64,000 nucleotides of DNA from Octopus vulgaris (GCA_951406725.2 OX597822.1:53630001-53694000); one strand, 5' to 3'. Shown: positions 40,573-55,171, counted from the stretch's first letter. Notes: a model not told the origin generated them from the letters alone. Program-made: numbers and translations.

Positions 40573-41514
40573 AAACTGCGTATTCTCTAGTTTTCTTGCG
40601 TTTGTTTACCAAACGTATTAAACACCTGCTAAATTGTCTTCCATTCTCGTGAGACATGAAAGAAAACCAGATTCTTAAGTTTATTCAATAAAAAAAAGCA
40701 TTTTATTTGTTATTTCCATAGTAAAATTCGTTCAGAATCCATTTGGTGTAATTACCAGCACGCTTGGCGGTAAGCGACTGATACGTCATTTCATTCCCTT
40801 GATGAGGTCTGTTCGTTTCTATTTCAGACCGCACTTAGATTCCTTATGTAATAATAGCCGATGTAATAACAGACGGCGGCTGGCTTGATCGTTCTTTCGT
40901 TCGTTATGAGATTGATTGGTTAGTTGGTTGATTGATTGCCCCAGTCACGCTTGACATAGGAGAGAGAAAGGGGGGGAGAGGAAGAGAGGAAGGAAAAGTG
41001 AGGTACAGAGAGAGAGTAAACATGAAAAGGGGCAAAATTACTGCACATAGTAGGCTTTGTGGCAGGCACTTAGGAAAGGAAAGCGACACACAGACGCAAA
41101 CACATACACAGTGATAGAGAAAGATGAGAAGGAGAAGAGGAATTAAATGACAGCGTGTAGTTATGGGAGGAGTTCAATATAGGTGTAGATTGCAATTATA
41201 TTGATAAAATTCAGTAAAATACTAACATATATTTATTGCAAATATACGAATAAAAAATTTGTTTTATATAATTTTATTTTAAGGTAATATGTATTTTATC
41301 TTTTGAAAATTAGTATTCATCATTTTGTCTCTAAGTAATAAGAAATTTGATAAAAGCTGAATTATGATTATTGTTTGTATGATATATTTGCTGACATTTT
41401 AAGATGGCGCTCCAGCATGGCCAAAATCAAATGACAGAGACAAGTAAAAAAATATATAAGTTTATTGCACGTATAGGTGTCTGAATAAATCTGTATATGC
41501 AAGGTTTTGTATGC

Positions 41515-41605
<91 letters not shown>

Positions 41606-41682
41606 TTCACACGAGTAAGCTTATGAATACAAAACAAGGTGGAAAGAGATATTACTTGAATATTGAAGTTAAAGTAATATGC

Positions 41683-41810
41683 TTTTTATTAAAGCTGAAA
41701 AATTCTTCCCAAGCTGTTACTTAGAGTTTCACTTTTCCGTTCGTCGACGAACGGTAACATGAAACTGTGAGTAACAGCTTGAGAAGATTTTTTTCCAGCT
41801 TCGATAAAAA
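41683..41810. repeat. Loopless imperfect palindrome centred on CCGTTCGTC|GACGAACGG
   Basis: Arms of about 63 bp that are reverse complements with several mismatches. Confidence 0.8.
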
Positions 41811-41817
41811 CAACAGT

Positions 41818-41959
41818 ATGTGGCTGTGTGGTAAGTAGCTTGCTTACCAACCACTGCGTGGCACCTTGGGCAAGTGTCTTCTACTATAGCCTTGGGCTGA
41901 CCAAAGATTTGTGAGTGGATTTGGTAGACAGAAACTGAAAGAAGCCCGTCGTATATATG

Positions 41960-42014
<55 letters not shown>

Positions 42015-42296
42015 ATCACGTGGCCGACCAGACCATCAGATGTTGCTACACATCGCTGGCCACAATGTGTTCGCATTGTTTTAGCCTTCGAACGACGCCA
42101 CCCCGCTGGCTAAGCGAGCAGGCCAACAGAAGAAAGAGAGAAAGAGTGGTGACAGAGTACAGCAGGGATCACCACCCCCTGCCGGAGCCTTGTGGAGCTT
42201 TTAGGTGTTTTCGCTCAATAAACACACACAACGCCCGGTCTGGGAATCGAAACCGCGATCCTACGACTGCGAGTCCGCTGCCCTAACCCCTGGGCC

Positions 42297-42330
<34 letters not shown>

Positions 42331-42502
42331 GTGTGTATATGTTTGTGTGTCTGTGTTTGTCTCCCCAGCATCGCTTGACAACTGATGCTGGTGTGTTTAC
42401 GTCACCGTAACTTAGCGGTTGCGCAAAAGAGACCGATAGAATAAGTACTAGGCTTACAAAGAATAAGTCCTGGGGTCGATTTGCTCAACTAATGGTGGTG
42501 CT
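41818..42502 (+). mobile_element. Microsatellite-containing SINE interrupted by a nested SINE
   Basis: The 5' part (41818-41955) and 3' part (42330-42502) are collinear with the copy at 14119-14460. Confidence 0.85.
42008..42297 (-). mobile_element. OR-type SINE variant with a different tail, nested in another SINE's internal (TA)n
   Basis: Head matches 37274-37430, then diverges. Flanked by TA repeats inside the element at 41818-42502. Confidence 0.85.
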
Positions 42503-45500
42503 CCTTTCGGGGGGGTGCGTATGTGTGTGTGTGTGTATCTGTCTGTGTGTATGTGTGTGTTTGTGTGTACGTACACGAGAAGCTTCCACACAGCATATTT
42601 ATTCACCCCATATTTATTCACAAGATATTTCGTCGATCCGGAGCTATAATAGAAAACAGCAATCCAAGATACTGAACAGTGGGACTAAACCTAAAACACC
42701 GGGGTTGCGAAGCGAATTTCTCAACCACTCACCCAAAACAGCGCAGCTACCGGGAAGAGACGGTTTTCTACTAGCATATATAACTTATACTTATAAGGAC
42801 CATAACGTCCTTCGTCAGAGCTAATTAAAATCATAGTCTGAGTTTGATCTAAAGCTGTGGCTGTCAAACTGACAATTACCAAGTCCCACATTTTCTTTAC
42901 TAATGAGAAGAAATAAAATTTTGCATCCATCGAGTTCTTTCTTTGCCATGATGTTGGACAGCTTTAGATTTAGACTTACCACAGTCACGAGTCACAGGAC
43001 TCATAAAGCCGTAGATTCACCCAGTTTCTATGCGAATAAGAGACTGGGATTACAACACTCTCCATACCTTGAATGAAACGCAAGCTAACTTCCCAGCTAT
43101 TGCTGAAACTCATTCACATCTGAGTGAACTGGAGCAACATAAAATGAAGTGTTTTTCTCAACAACACAACGCACCGCCCGGCCCGAGAATCGAAAGTACG
43201 ATCGCAATCGTGATTTCGAAACCCTTAATCACAAGTCCAAGAGCCTTCACCTTTTGGGCATCTTTAAAAATCTCTAAATTATCATTTAAACATGTCAACT
43301 TGTTCGTTCCGTTTTCAACTCTGTGAGTTACTGGACAGTGTTAGACGTTAACTGAAGTATTTAACTGCTAAATTTGAAGGTGGTTCACGTTACATTCGAA
43401 AGAAAACTAGATTGTCCAGCTTGCCCTGTAAAAAGACGTATGTATTTGTTTTTAAGATATGCAATTTTATGCAGAATCCACATCGTGTAATCAGTAACAC
43501 GATCGCCGGAAAGCAGTAAATGCGTGGGATCGGTTTTGTTTATTTTTATGTCTTACGCTGTATTTGTAAATGTCTTCTGTGTGCGTGTGTGCAAAATATT
43601 TAACAGAAACAAAAGAGTGTGGTCAAACTTGCTGGACACTACGGCAGAAATTGTATTCACCTCAATCGATGCCATTGATTGGTTGAAAATGCCGAAATGC
43701 AAAAAAATTAAACAACAAATAGCTTACAAACTACAGAATTTTTTCAAGAAAGCCAAAAGAAAAATATGTTTTATGTAACACACTACCAGTATACGAAGTT
43801 TAAAAGTGTTTAGTTACAAAGAAATAATTTTAAAAATCTGCCGGTCAAAGTGAAAAGATCCAATGTATCATGTCTTTTGAGGGATCTGTAACTCATAAAT
43901 AAGGCAATGTAATATTGCTTAGGAATTTTCGAAACAAGCAAGCAAAACATAATCCAAAACTCAAACAAGATCAATTTATGAGAAACTCATTGTTACCTGT
44001 TTCTCGTTATTTACACAAACCCTATAAATGAACCATTCTTTATTAATATCCAACCTAACACATCTTCATTTACAATAGATTTATGGTATTATACAATTAT
44101 AGAAAGAAATTTATGGCTTTAAGTTTCACAACAGGAAAATCAAAAATTTCTTTGCAAATACAATTCCTTGATAAAGCTACTGTGGTTTAAGCACGAATAT
44201 TTGCAAGGATATTATTTCAAATGGCTTTGAACAAAGGTTCCTAGAAATCATATCTTATCAAACGTTCTTTATTTTATTTTTTATTTTTGCTCTTTTTTAA
44301 ATTTTAGTTTCATTAATCAAACAATGGAGGCGGAGCAATACGCATAACATTTGTAGGCCGTCTTCCAGGGGTAGTGAGATCGATGCAAGCTGATGCCAAA
44401 CTAAAACATTCACAGGGTAAATTTCCACAGGAAAAACGTGGGTAAAGAGGGAATCAGAAGCCTGGTTAGAACGTGTGTAATAGAGAAAATTCTACGAATA
44501 GCAACCAAGGGGCAAATATTGATGTTAAACAGAGCAACATATAAAGTTTATTGCCCGACTTAAGAGCCGGGTCTAGGACAAGAGTACTTACCTCTAAATC
44601 CAGATCTTTCCAAAACAGTAATGCCAGGCCATTCGATTCTATTTCTATTGTTTGTGATCATTGTAGCTTCTCTTGTTATTGTTGCTGTTGGATTCATGTT
44701 TGGTTTGTATATTTCGAACATCTGGTTATTCCTGATTCATTAGATGAATTGGAAGGTATTGAGGATATATTTTTCTTCTTGTGTTTCTCCCTACTTTTGT
44801 TTATGCTAGGAGTACTCTTGATGAATAACATAGAGTTTCTGTAGAAGAAGTTTTGTTGTTTCTGTTACTGTGACTACCTGTATTGTAGTTTTTTTTTGTA
44901 GCTTCATCAGTCGGTGAGTCGGAAACAGTGGTAGAGAAAAACACACAGCTCTCGTTTCTCCTCACTGGAGAAGATATCTCTGTGATAATCTACTTTGCCA
45001 CTAATGTAACACTTCGAAACAAAAATATTAGGAGATATCTGGAAGATTACTAGGTGCAACCAACACTTGGAACTCTAGTGACATTGCCATTCAAATTTTC
45101 TGTCATTAGACTTAAATTCTATGACTTACCCGTGTTCCTCAACTATTCTTTTCAACTCTAGGCACAATGCCTGAAATTTGGGGGAGCGGGGCAGTCGACT
45201 AGATTGACCCCAGTACGCAACTGGTACTTAATGTATCCACCCTGAAAGGATGAAAGGCAAAGTCGACCTCGGCGGAATTTGAACTCAGAACATAAAGACA
45301 GACGAAATACCGTTAAGCATTTTTCCCTGCGTGCTAATGTTTCCGCCAGCTACCCGCCTCCGTGATCCTCTACTATGGTTTGGTCACTGTTATGTTGCAC
45401 ATAGATGTCTCTTACATTTGTCACCCGAGGTACCATATATAAAATTGGATCATCACAAATTCTTGGATGCCATATGGTTGTGACCACTCTTCCAGCTTCT

Positions 45501-46432
45501 TGTTCGTTTTTACAAAGATTCTCCGCCCTTCTATGTTATTTCCTTCTTGTTAGACGTTCTACTGTTGTCCATATCTCTTTCATCTATTTTTCTAATCGCG
45601 CTTGAGTTAGACACTGCAAAGTACCTTATATACGATTGATGCAGCTGTAAAGACTAGTCTTTGTTTTTAGTGCTGCTCACCTCCACCACACAAAGCATCC
45701 CAGGGAGACATTATATCCCAAGTTCCAGGGTGTATAATGTCGCTCTTGTATTTTTCAATAGTTTCTGATTTTTCCCTCGAGCCAGTGGAATGTCCGTTTA
45801 CTCACTACACAAATAAAAGATAAAATCTGCTTTCTAATCTCATCGTTATAGTTATGTTGTTGCTAATACTATTGCTATTCTTGTCCTTGTTGTTACTGCT
45901 GCTGCTGTTGCCGTTGCAAATAGCAGTGTAAATCTCGTTAGCATGTCTTTGCAGCAACGCCAATGTAATAGCGGTAGCATCTGCTTTCATAGTGACGTCA
46001 ATGGTTTTAGTTGCTATGGCGGTAACATTGGTGGTTGTTAGCATGTTACTGTTGTTGTCATTTTTAATTATTGTGGATTCACTACTTCTCTATCTCCTTC
46101 CCTTTCTCTCTCTCTTTCTCTCTTCCTTTCTCTTTACGTCATCTCTCTTGTCTTTCGCAACTGCTTCCATACGGACATAGTGATGTTATCATTGGAATCC
46201 ATGTTTTTTTAATGTAAAAAAAAGCAGAAACTTCTACAAAAAAAGTAAAGGTTCAATGGTGATCCCGTTCTGTAGCAGGGACATCATAAAAGGAAAAACT
46301 ACACTCCTAAATTGTGAATCAATATCTACGAAATTGTAGACAAAAATATGTAAGGATTCCTTTTAGGATAAACATGACAAAACATTGCGGAAACTTACAA
46401 ACACAAAATTCCACAGTGCCCAGAGTGAATGC

Positions 46433-46472
<40 letters not shown>

Positions 46473-46709
46473 GTTTCAAATTTTGCCACAAAGACAGCCA
46501 TTTTACATCGACCCCAGTGATTCACTGGTACTTAATTTATTGACCCTGAAAGTATGAAAAGCAAAGTTAACCTCGATGAAAGGATGAAAAGCAAAGGACG
46601 CAGCGACGAGCGAAATACCGATAAGCATTCCATCCAGCGTGCTAACGATTCTGCCAGCTCGCTGCCTTAAACAACAACAACAACAACATCAACAACAATA
46701 ATAATAACA

Positions 46710-48957
46710 CCTACTACCAAAAACTGTAGACACAAAAAGTCCGATGAACTACCGACCAATAATATGTCTCAACACCACCTGCAAAATTCTCACATCCATA
46801 CTAACTGAAAGAATTTACGCTTTCCTCGAACGAAACTTCACAAGCTCAAAAGTGTTGTTAACGAAATTCTTATGAGTGCAAAGACCAACTACTCATAAAT
46901 AGAATGATTGTAAAGAATTGCCGGAGCAAGAACAAGAAACTGAGTATGGCATGGATAGACAACAGGAAAGCATCTGATAGTGTCCCACATAAATGGCTAC
47001 TCAAGGCCCTCGAGATATACAAGATCTTTCCTGTCGTCTCCAAATTCTTACAAGATAGCATGGCCAAGTGGAACACACGTCTCTTTGTAAATCATAGAAA
47101 TGGGATGAGCCAATCCAAAACATCAACATCAAACGAGGCATCTTCCAAGGTGAATCCTTCCCTCCATTATTTTTTGCATGGCACTGATCCCACTGTGGAA
47201 CGAACTGAATAACACCAGGTATGGGTACAAAATTCTTAATACTATAATAAACCATCAGTTTTATATGGACGATCTGAAGTTGTTTACTAGGAATGACTAA
47301 AAGCTAGTAGGGCTCTTAATAATTATTAAAGAATTTAGCAATGACTGGATTTTGGCCTCGATAAATGTCATAAAAGCAACATTTGTAAGAGGCAAGCTCA
47401 GACAAACTGTTTCCATTGAATTAGATACCGATGCTACCATCAAGGATCTTGATCCACAAGAAAGTTATAAATACTAAGGGATAAACAAAGTGGGTGGTAT
47501 ACATCATGTTACTATAAAGGAAAAAATAAGAAAGAAGTACTAAAGGAGTATAAGACTTGTACTGAAGACTGAACTCATCTCGAAAAATCGCATCAAAGCC
47601 ATTAACACCCTGGCACTACCAGTACTCCAATACAGTTTTAACATCATTGACTGGACAGGAAGACGAGAAAATTATTGACATCCAAGTACATTCACCGCCC
47701 AAAAGCAGATGTTGACCATCAGTACCCACTTAGAAGTAGTGGGGAAAGAGGAATGATGCAATTAGAGCTGGGTTTGTTTACAAACTGTGTTTGTAAGACC
47801 TCTACAATAGCAATGAGCAGGTACTTATCTAATACACAAGGCTGGATGTTGTGACTTGTGTGCAAACATGAAAGCAGCAAAAATTCAAATTCTGTTGTCA
47901 ATAAAGCTTATAAATTCGCAAGGAAACTTGGCAGCAATCCTGAATTAGATGAAGAACCCGAAACTGCTGCCATCAAGCAAGCAAAACAAATCAAGCCGAC
48001 TGCAGAAAAAATAAACCAGCAGAAACAAACAAAGGAGCGGTGGTGCTAGAATCCCCTGCATTGACAGTATATTCCTCGAAGTCAAAATGCTGATGTAGAC
48101 CAAGCGACAACCCGTCAGTGGCTGAGAAGTTCAGGACTGAAAGTAGAGACCGAAGGTTTCATACTGGCAACACAACATCAAAGCTTGCTTTTCAGAAACT
48201 ACTAGGCTAACGTTCTTCAAAACGATACTGCCCATAAATGCAGATTCTGTGGCACATTTGACGAAACAATAGACCATCTCGTCTCAGGATGTCCCGTGCT
48301 GATACCAAACGAGTACAAAAATCGCCACGATAAGGTAGGACAATAATTACACTGAAAAATATGTAAACACTACAAAATCAGCCCTCCTGCTTATTAACAT
48401 CATCCTAAGCCAGTCGGTGAAGATAAAAACGTCACTGTCCTCTAGGATTTTTCAATCAACACTGACAGAACGTTCCAGTCTAATCGACCAGACGTAATTA
48501 TTAAAGACAAGGAAGAAAATACTTGTAGACTAATAGATGTAAATGTTCCCACTAGTAAAAATATATCTGTAAAGGAATTTGACAAACTTAGTAAATACAA
48601 GGACCTGGAAGTTGAAATACAAAAGATGTAGCATTTTAAAGCAAAAAATGTTCCTGTTATTGTAGGGGCCTAGATATGATAAAAAAAAGGGGATGTCAGA
48701 ACATCTAGACAACATTCCAAGAGAACCATGTCTCAGAGAAGTCCATAGGATTGTGATGACAAGTACTACTCACAATCCTTAGGAAAACCCTATCAATTTA
48801 AATATTTGTGTTGTATTACTTGGAGATATTTCGCTTCCCTCGCCACTTGCCCTCCCCAAGCTTTCAGTTATACTGTAACATCTCTTAACCTTCACTTGCC
48901 CTAGGCCGCTGGGTGTGTCTCGCCAAGTGATTACAACAAACATGCAGATTAAAAGTA
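46710..48957 (+). mobile_element. 5'-truncated, decayed R4/Dong-clade non-LTR retrotransposon (RT, CCHC, restriction-like endonuclease)
   Basis: Broken frames give WIDNRKASDSVPHKWL, RGIFQG, YMDDLKLF, WLRSSGLKVETEGFILA, CRFC..DETIDHLVSGC..RHDKV and NRPDVIIKDK..LIDV..EFDKLSKYKDL. Ends directly in (TAA)n. Confidence 0.88.
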
Positions 48958-48972
48958 AATAATAATAATAAC

Positions 48973-49076
<104 letters not shown>

Positions 49077-49217
49077 AATTGGTGCTTTATTTTATCAATC
49101 CCGAAAGGATGAAAGGCAAAGTTGAAAAGTTGAACTCGGTGGAATTTGAGCCCAGAATGTGGATGAAATGGCACTTGGCATTTTGTCCGACGTACTAACG
49201 ATTTTCCAGTTCGCTTC

Positions 49218-49304
<87 letters not shown>

Positions 49305-49718
49305 AAGAAGAAAGAAGAAGAAGAAGAAGAAGGATTTTATTGACCACTAGAGGCCCAATACCCTGAAAACAATATAAACGATGCGATTTACATCTGTCAA
49401 AAGGAAATCAACACTAAACATATTACAAGCAATATAATAAAAGATATAGAAATAAATTCCAACAAAAGTTTCAACAACAAAATTCTCCAGTAGTGGGGCA
49501 GTCCAGAACGCCCGGAATATTTGGGCATTTTCAAAACTTCAAATGTGCATTCTGGCAGTTCTTTCCTCCTATATAGAAAAGTTTGCTCAGATTCATTCAG
49601 ACTCACCTGTCATGCCACTCTCATTCATCTTTCGAGAAATACACTAGAAGGCAGTTTCTCCTCTACTATCACCCTCCTTTTCAAATGATACGTGAAGAAG
49701 TTGAGAGCAGATAATTTG

Positions 49719-50015
49719 TTGCTTGTTTGTTCCGCCTGGCTCATAAGGGCCGGTTTCCCAGTTTCCTTGGCGTATAGGTTCTCCACCTGGACGGGATGTC
49801 TGTCCGTCGCAGGGTGAGCTGCAAGATGCAGGAGGAAAGAGTGAGAGAAAGTTGTGGCGAAAGAGTCAGCAGAAGTTCGCCATTACCTTCTGCTGGAGCC
49901 GCGTGGAGCTTAGGTGTTTCGCTCATAAACACACACATCACCCGGTCTGAGATTCGAACCCATTATCCCTCGACCGCGAGTTCGCTGCTCTAACCACTAG
50001 GCCATGTGCCTCCAC
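49719..50015 (-). mobile_element. SINE with OR-like head and the tail of the 5438 element
   Basis: A/B boxes TGGCCTAGTGG and GTTCGAATC. TSD agcagataa(t/g)ttg. Tail CTGCGACGG..CCCGTCCAG..GAAACTGGGAAACCGGCCC. Confidence 0.85.
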
Positions 50016-50149
50016 AGCAGATAAGTTGAGACCAGATAAGTAAAACTTTTCTGATGAGTCCGTCTTACAGACTCTTTCATCACAGCCACCAAAGAGAGAA
50101 TGATTCGCATCCCATTCTCTGCTAAAGGAAGGTAGCTCGTTGATCTTCA

Positions 50150-50500
50150 CTATGGACACGACGGGCAGCTCGATTCTTTCTGCACTCGACATCAGCTTAT
50201 CGACACCAGTCTACGAGTCGCTTATGCATGGACATTGCACGACTGCGTGTGGGACGATTTTGTCTCCTTGCATGCAGTTGGCGCTTCCTGTTTGTAGATA
50301 TTGTTGGCCCTTCCTGCTTGTAAAGCTTGTTTCGAAAAGCTAAAGTCTCCATCTGTAGCACTGCCATGCTAAGGGCTTTTGGAATTTGCATCCGCTCTGA
50401 AAGTTCTCCAGAAGAGAATTGTTCAGACTGTTCTCGTTGATGACCTGAGTCAGTCTCAAGCCATCGTTTCTCATACCCTCATCTAACCTTCCATAGGATC
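50150..50500 (-). mobile_element. RTE-like LINE 3' fragment
   Basis: YGRLDEGMRNDG...W...FE resembles the RTE ORF C-terminus (LYGEL..G.R..G). GC content is higher than the flanks. Confidence 0.45.
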
Positions 50501-50520
50501 CTAAAGTTAATACCTCACTC

Positions 50521-50594
<74 letters not shown>

Positions 50595-51663
50595 AAGAAG
50601 AAGAACAAGAAGAAGAAGAACAAGAAGAAGAAGAACAACAACAACAACAACAACAACAATGATAATAATAATCCTTTCTATTATGGGCACAAGTCCTGAA
50701 ATTTAGGGGACAGAACAGTCGATTAGATCGACCCCAGTTTTACACTGGTATCTAATTTATCGACCCCGAAAAGATGAACGGCAAAGTCGACATCCGCGGA
50801 ATCTGAACTCAGAACGTAGCGAATAGGTCCGTAATACCACCGTCCTCCTCTCAAGGTTTCCAAGCCATTGCTTGGGTGGGACAATCTCCCACTCCAAAGC
50901 AGTGGTCTTATTTTTTATCATTTTATCTGCCATGTCGATAACACAGTCCAAAAAAAAAAATGAAAAAAGTCACTCAAACAAAAACAACAGAAAGTCTTTG
51001 AACTCAATAAAAATTCAAAAAAAAAACAGTTCAACTAAAATTGGAAGAAATAAAATACTAGTCTAACTAAAATTGTTCAGCAAAAAGAAAAGAGAAGACA
51101 GCAGTTCAGAAGAATAAATAAATATGTACAATTCTCCACGGCAAAAAATACAATTTTGGGGCTACACGGTACTCCCAGCCCACTTGCAGCCTTCAAATCT
51201 CTTGGTAATCCTCCTGATAAAGCACTTCCAACGTTTCTGTGTTTAAAACCATGTACAGCTTGCAAGCACCAATTTTTCAAAAAAAACTGGAGTGAAAATA
51301 ATTCCCTTTAAAATTCTTCACTTGGTTGTTAACAAGCACAATGACAACACCGTCAAGAGTGAGCAAAAATGCCCCAGAGCTGGGCAGAATATACTGTAAT
51401 AAAAAATAAGACACACAATAATTCTATCCAGCTCAGAAAAAACAAAATCGCTTACCTTGACGGCGACCTTTTTTTCAAGGACGGAGCTATACAGCTGCAC
51501 ATCTTTCCTTGTTCACTTGCAAGTAACTAACTCGCATGCGTAAGCAAGCTACTTACCACCCAGCCACTCATTGCATGTTCTGGCCACTAATATATTCCTA
51601 AGTAATTTTGAATTGTTTACGATGTATCCTGTGTAATGTAACTTTGCATTTATATTTTATATT

Positions 51664-51699
<36 letters not shown>

Positions 51700-51734
51700 T
51701 GTATGTATGTATGTATATATGTATGTATGAGTGC

Positions 51735-51767
<33 letters not shown>

Positions 51768-51904
51768 TGTATGTATGTATGCATGTATGTATGTAAATAC
51801 ATATGTATATAAATATAGAGTTGCTCTGACTCTTATTTCTAGCAATAATGGTGCTGATTACTGTCCTTTGTCACTTTCGTGACATCTCTACATACACACA
51901 CACG

Positions 51905-51965
<61 letters not shown>

Positions 51966-52012
51966 TTGCATTTGCTTTGCCCTGTATAATTAATTTCCTT
52001 TTTTTTTTTCAG

Positions 52013-52320
52013 GTCTGGCTCTATCTGTTGGAATTATATTATATATATCTGCAGTGAATGATGAAGTTGGCCACCGAGCCAAGGTAGCTGGCGAAGAAGA
52101 ACCAAAGTTCTCCTATTTCTATGGTTGGTCATTTTTCTTTGCCGGCGTCTCTTTCATTACGTCGGAAATGGCGGCGGTGTTTGGAATCTCACTGTATCTT
52201 CTTCGCAGCGCGCATGTGGACGATATGGTACGAATAATTCCAGGTCTCGAGGATAAAGTCGACTCCGATTATATGCAAGATAATGAAGTTGGAATTCAAT
52301 CCGCTACCATCGTCTTATGA
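52013..52320 (+). CDS. CACNG: CACNG/TARP-like gene, last coding exon (TM3 end, loop 2, TM4, C-tail, TGA stop)
   Basis: Polypyrimidine acceptor tttttttttcag|GT. Encodes (G)LALSVGIILYISAVNDEVGHRAK...FSYFYGWSFFFAGVSFITSEMAAVFGISLYLLR...SATIVL*. The LYISxxNDE and YGWSF motifs are typical of CACNG5/7-like gamma subunits. Confidence 0.93.
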
Positions 52321-52603
52321 GCACTGTAAAGATGTAGTAATAAGTGTAAACCTACATACATACACATATATATTTATATTGTATAAAATACATATGCATA
52401 TATATGTATATACATATGAATATGCATGAAAATATATATACACATAATATATATTTGAAAACATATATATATATGCACGCATGTATGTATAAAGTGAGTA
52501 GTATTTATACATTTGTATTCCAAAATCAATAGATTTGTGTAAATACACTCCTCACCCCACAGTGCCATTTAGAACATGCACACGTGTGTGTGTGTGTGTG
52601 TAC

Positions 52604-52654
<51 letters not shown>

Positions 52655-53291
52655 TATATATACCTTACACATACGTATATATACATCATATATATATATA
52701 CATATATATACTGCTTATCTAATGCTATTTAGAGAGTGAAGATTCCTCACACATCGAAGAAGTTTAATGTCTTAACCTGATTCCTGAATTAACGAATTAA
52801 TCAGTCATTCAGTAAATTAGCGGTACACCAGTCGGCTGAAATATGTTGTATGTGAGATCGAATCTCACTAAGCTCATTAACATTTTCCTACTCCCATTGT
52901 GACCATGTCTATATATTCTTACATATATATATAGACATCATCACCCATATTAATATGAATAAGCATGTACTTAGAAAGATAGGCGCATGCCCATGTGTAC
53001 GTAGGCGTACTTTGTGGGAGGAATGATGAGGGATGTGACCATGTGTATGAGAGTTAGTGTGAGTGTTTATACGGGTGACCGTTAGTATATATGATAGATC
53101 GGTAACCACTTCACACATGTTTTTCTCTCCTTGTTTCTCTCTTTGTTTCTTTCTGTGTTCCTTTCTGTGGAAGAGCGTAGGCTCGAAACGTTAAAGACAT
53201 TTTCAATTCGCGAACGTTTTACTAATACATCTGTTTGTTTTCTACGCCACCTGTCTTCGTCTTTTGTTTGTTTTTTTTCGTGAATTCTCCC

Positions 53292-53372
<81 letters not shown>

Positions 53373-53803
53373 AATATATGTATATGTATATATGTGTATA
53401 TGTATATACATATATATATATATATATGTTTGTGTGTGTATGTGTGTGTATACATATGTGTGTGAGTGTGTATGTGCGTGCAAGTGGTGCGTGAATGCGT
53501 AAAAGTATATGGAATTATGCTTATACAGATTGTCAAAGTAATCTTGGACTCGTGAGAATGTATCACACAACGATCTAATTATCGACTCAATTTATATTTT
53601 CACGTAGTTTGCGTTATAGTCAGTAGGAAACAGCCAGTTTATATTCCCATATTAGTTTCAAAACAATCAAACAAGTAATAAATGATATTTATTGATCTAT
53701 AAGTATAATATTTGTTGAGCCATAATAATTATAGCACAATAATGATTATATATAATTATATATAATTATGTATATAATGATGATAATAATGGTATTATTA
53801 TTA

Positions 53804-53841
<38 letters not shown>

Positions 53842-53936
53842 CTCACACACACTCACATACACGCGCGCGCACCCACACACACCCACACATGAAATTTCGT
53901 TTCTGTTTTAATGAGGAAAGCATTATATATTTCTCA

Positions 53937-54032
<96 letters not shown>

Positions 54033-54642
54033 TTCGAACACGAGACAAGTAACATGAATTCCATCGGTCCTGAATGGGACCTAGGAATATCTTCGAGGTG
54101 TTTTAACTAACAAGCGTACCAAGGAAACATATATTCTCTTAACATATATACATATGTGTATATATATATATATATATATACATACATATATATATATATA
54201 TACATACATACATATATATATATATACATACATATATATATATACATACATACATATATATATAATGTGCATACATACATATCTGTGTGTGTATATATAT
54301 ATATATACATACACACACACACTATTCTCAGTGCACTGAAAAGATTTCATTAAGAAGAAACAGGAAATGACGTATGACACAGAGTCCAGCTTAGGATTAT
54401 TGTTAATTCAGCATCGCCTTGATGATTCGATCGTTGTGAATATGCTTCTCGCTTGTACAGGGATTCCTTTTTTTCTTTCGTCTTTTTAATAGACAGTGAG
54501 TGCAGAAAGTGTTTAATGCAGATGTATAGACAAGGATAGAAAGTGTGACTGTACATGTATATGTAATGTATGTGTGTTTGTGTGCGTACGTGCGTGTGTG
54601 TGTGCGCGTGTGTGTACGCGTGTATGTGTATATCTATGTGTT

Positions 54643-54689
<47 letters not shown>

Positions 54690-54927
54690 TACTGATAATT
54701 TCTTTTAAAGATTTTATCCTCAATTGTTAATTTATATTTTTCACCGGAATAGTTCAATACTGAATTTTTATTCCGAATAGACAATTTGGTACCGAAATGC
54801 ATTGCGAATAAGCCCGCCATTTTCATAGATATGTAAAGATAAACATTCGGACATGCTACGACGAATTCTACGGTTGGCTATCGAGCTTGTTTGTTATGTT
54901 TTTCTCTTATATTTCTTGAGTTTGTTT

Positions 54928-54993
54928 GTTGCACTGATGAACATAAAAATGCATATTCTGCATTTAAATGCGAAATCACATGTGATATGTAAC
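54928..54993 (+). ncRNA. Type I hammerhead ribozyme motif, intact core
   Basis: GTTGCA-CTGATGA-ACAT..AAATGCA/TGCATTT..ATGC-GAAA-TCACATGTGA-TA-TGTAAC. Stem III is the palindrome ATCACATGTGAT. Confidence 0.8.
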
Positions 54994-55116
54994 TGAATTC
55001 TTTTTTAAATTGATGTGTTTTGAAGTTTTGCATTCGGTAAAATTTTGTTTATTTAGTAGTTTTGACCGCATTGTGCCCTCTTAGCGTGTTGGTATCTACG
55101 AATAGTAGTACCCTCA

Positions 55117-55171
<55 letters not shown>

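Noticed and set aside
50047-50080. CTGATGAGTC..GAC hammerhead-like start
   Set aside because: No GAAA, stem III or stem I partner follows.
52054-52320. Stand-alone 88-aa ORF with a GTG start
   Set aside because: It is the 3' part of a spliced exon beginning at 52013.
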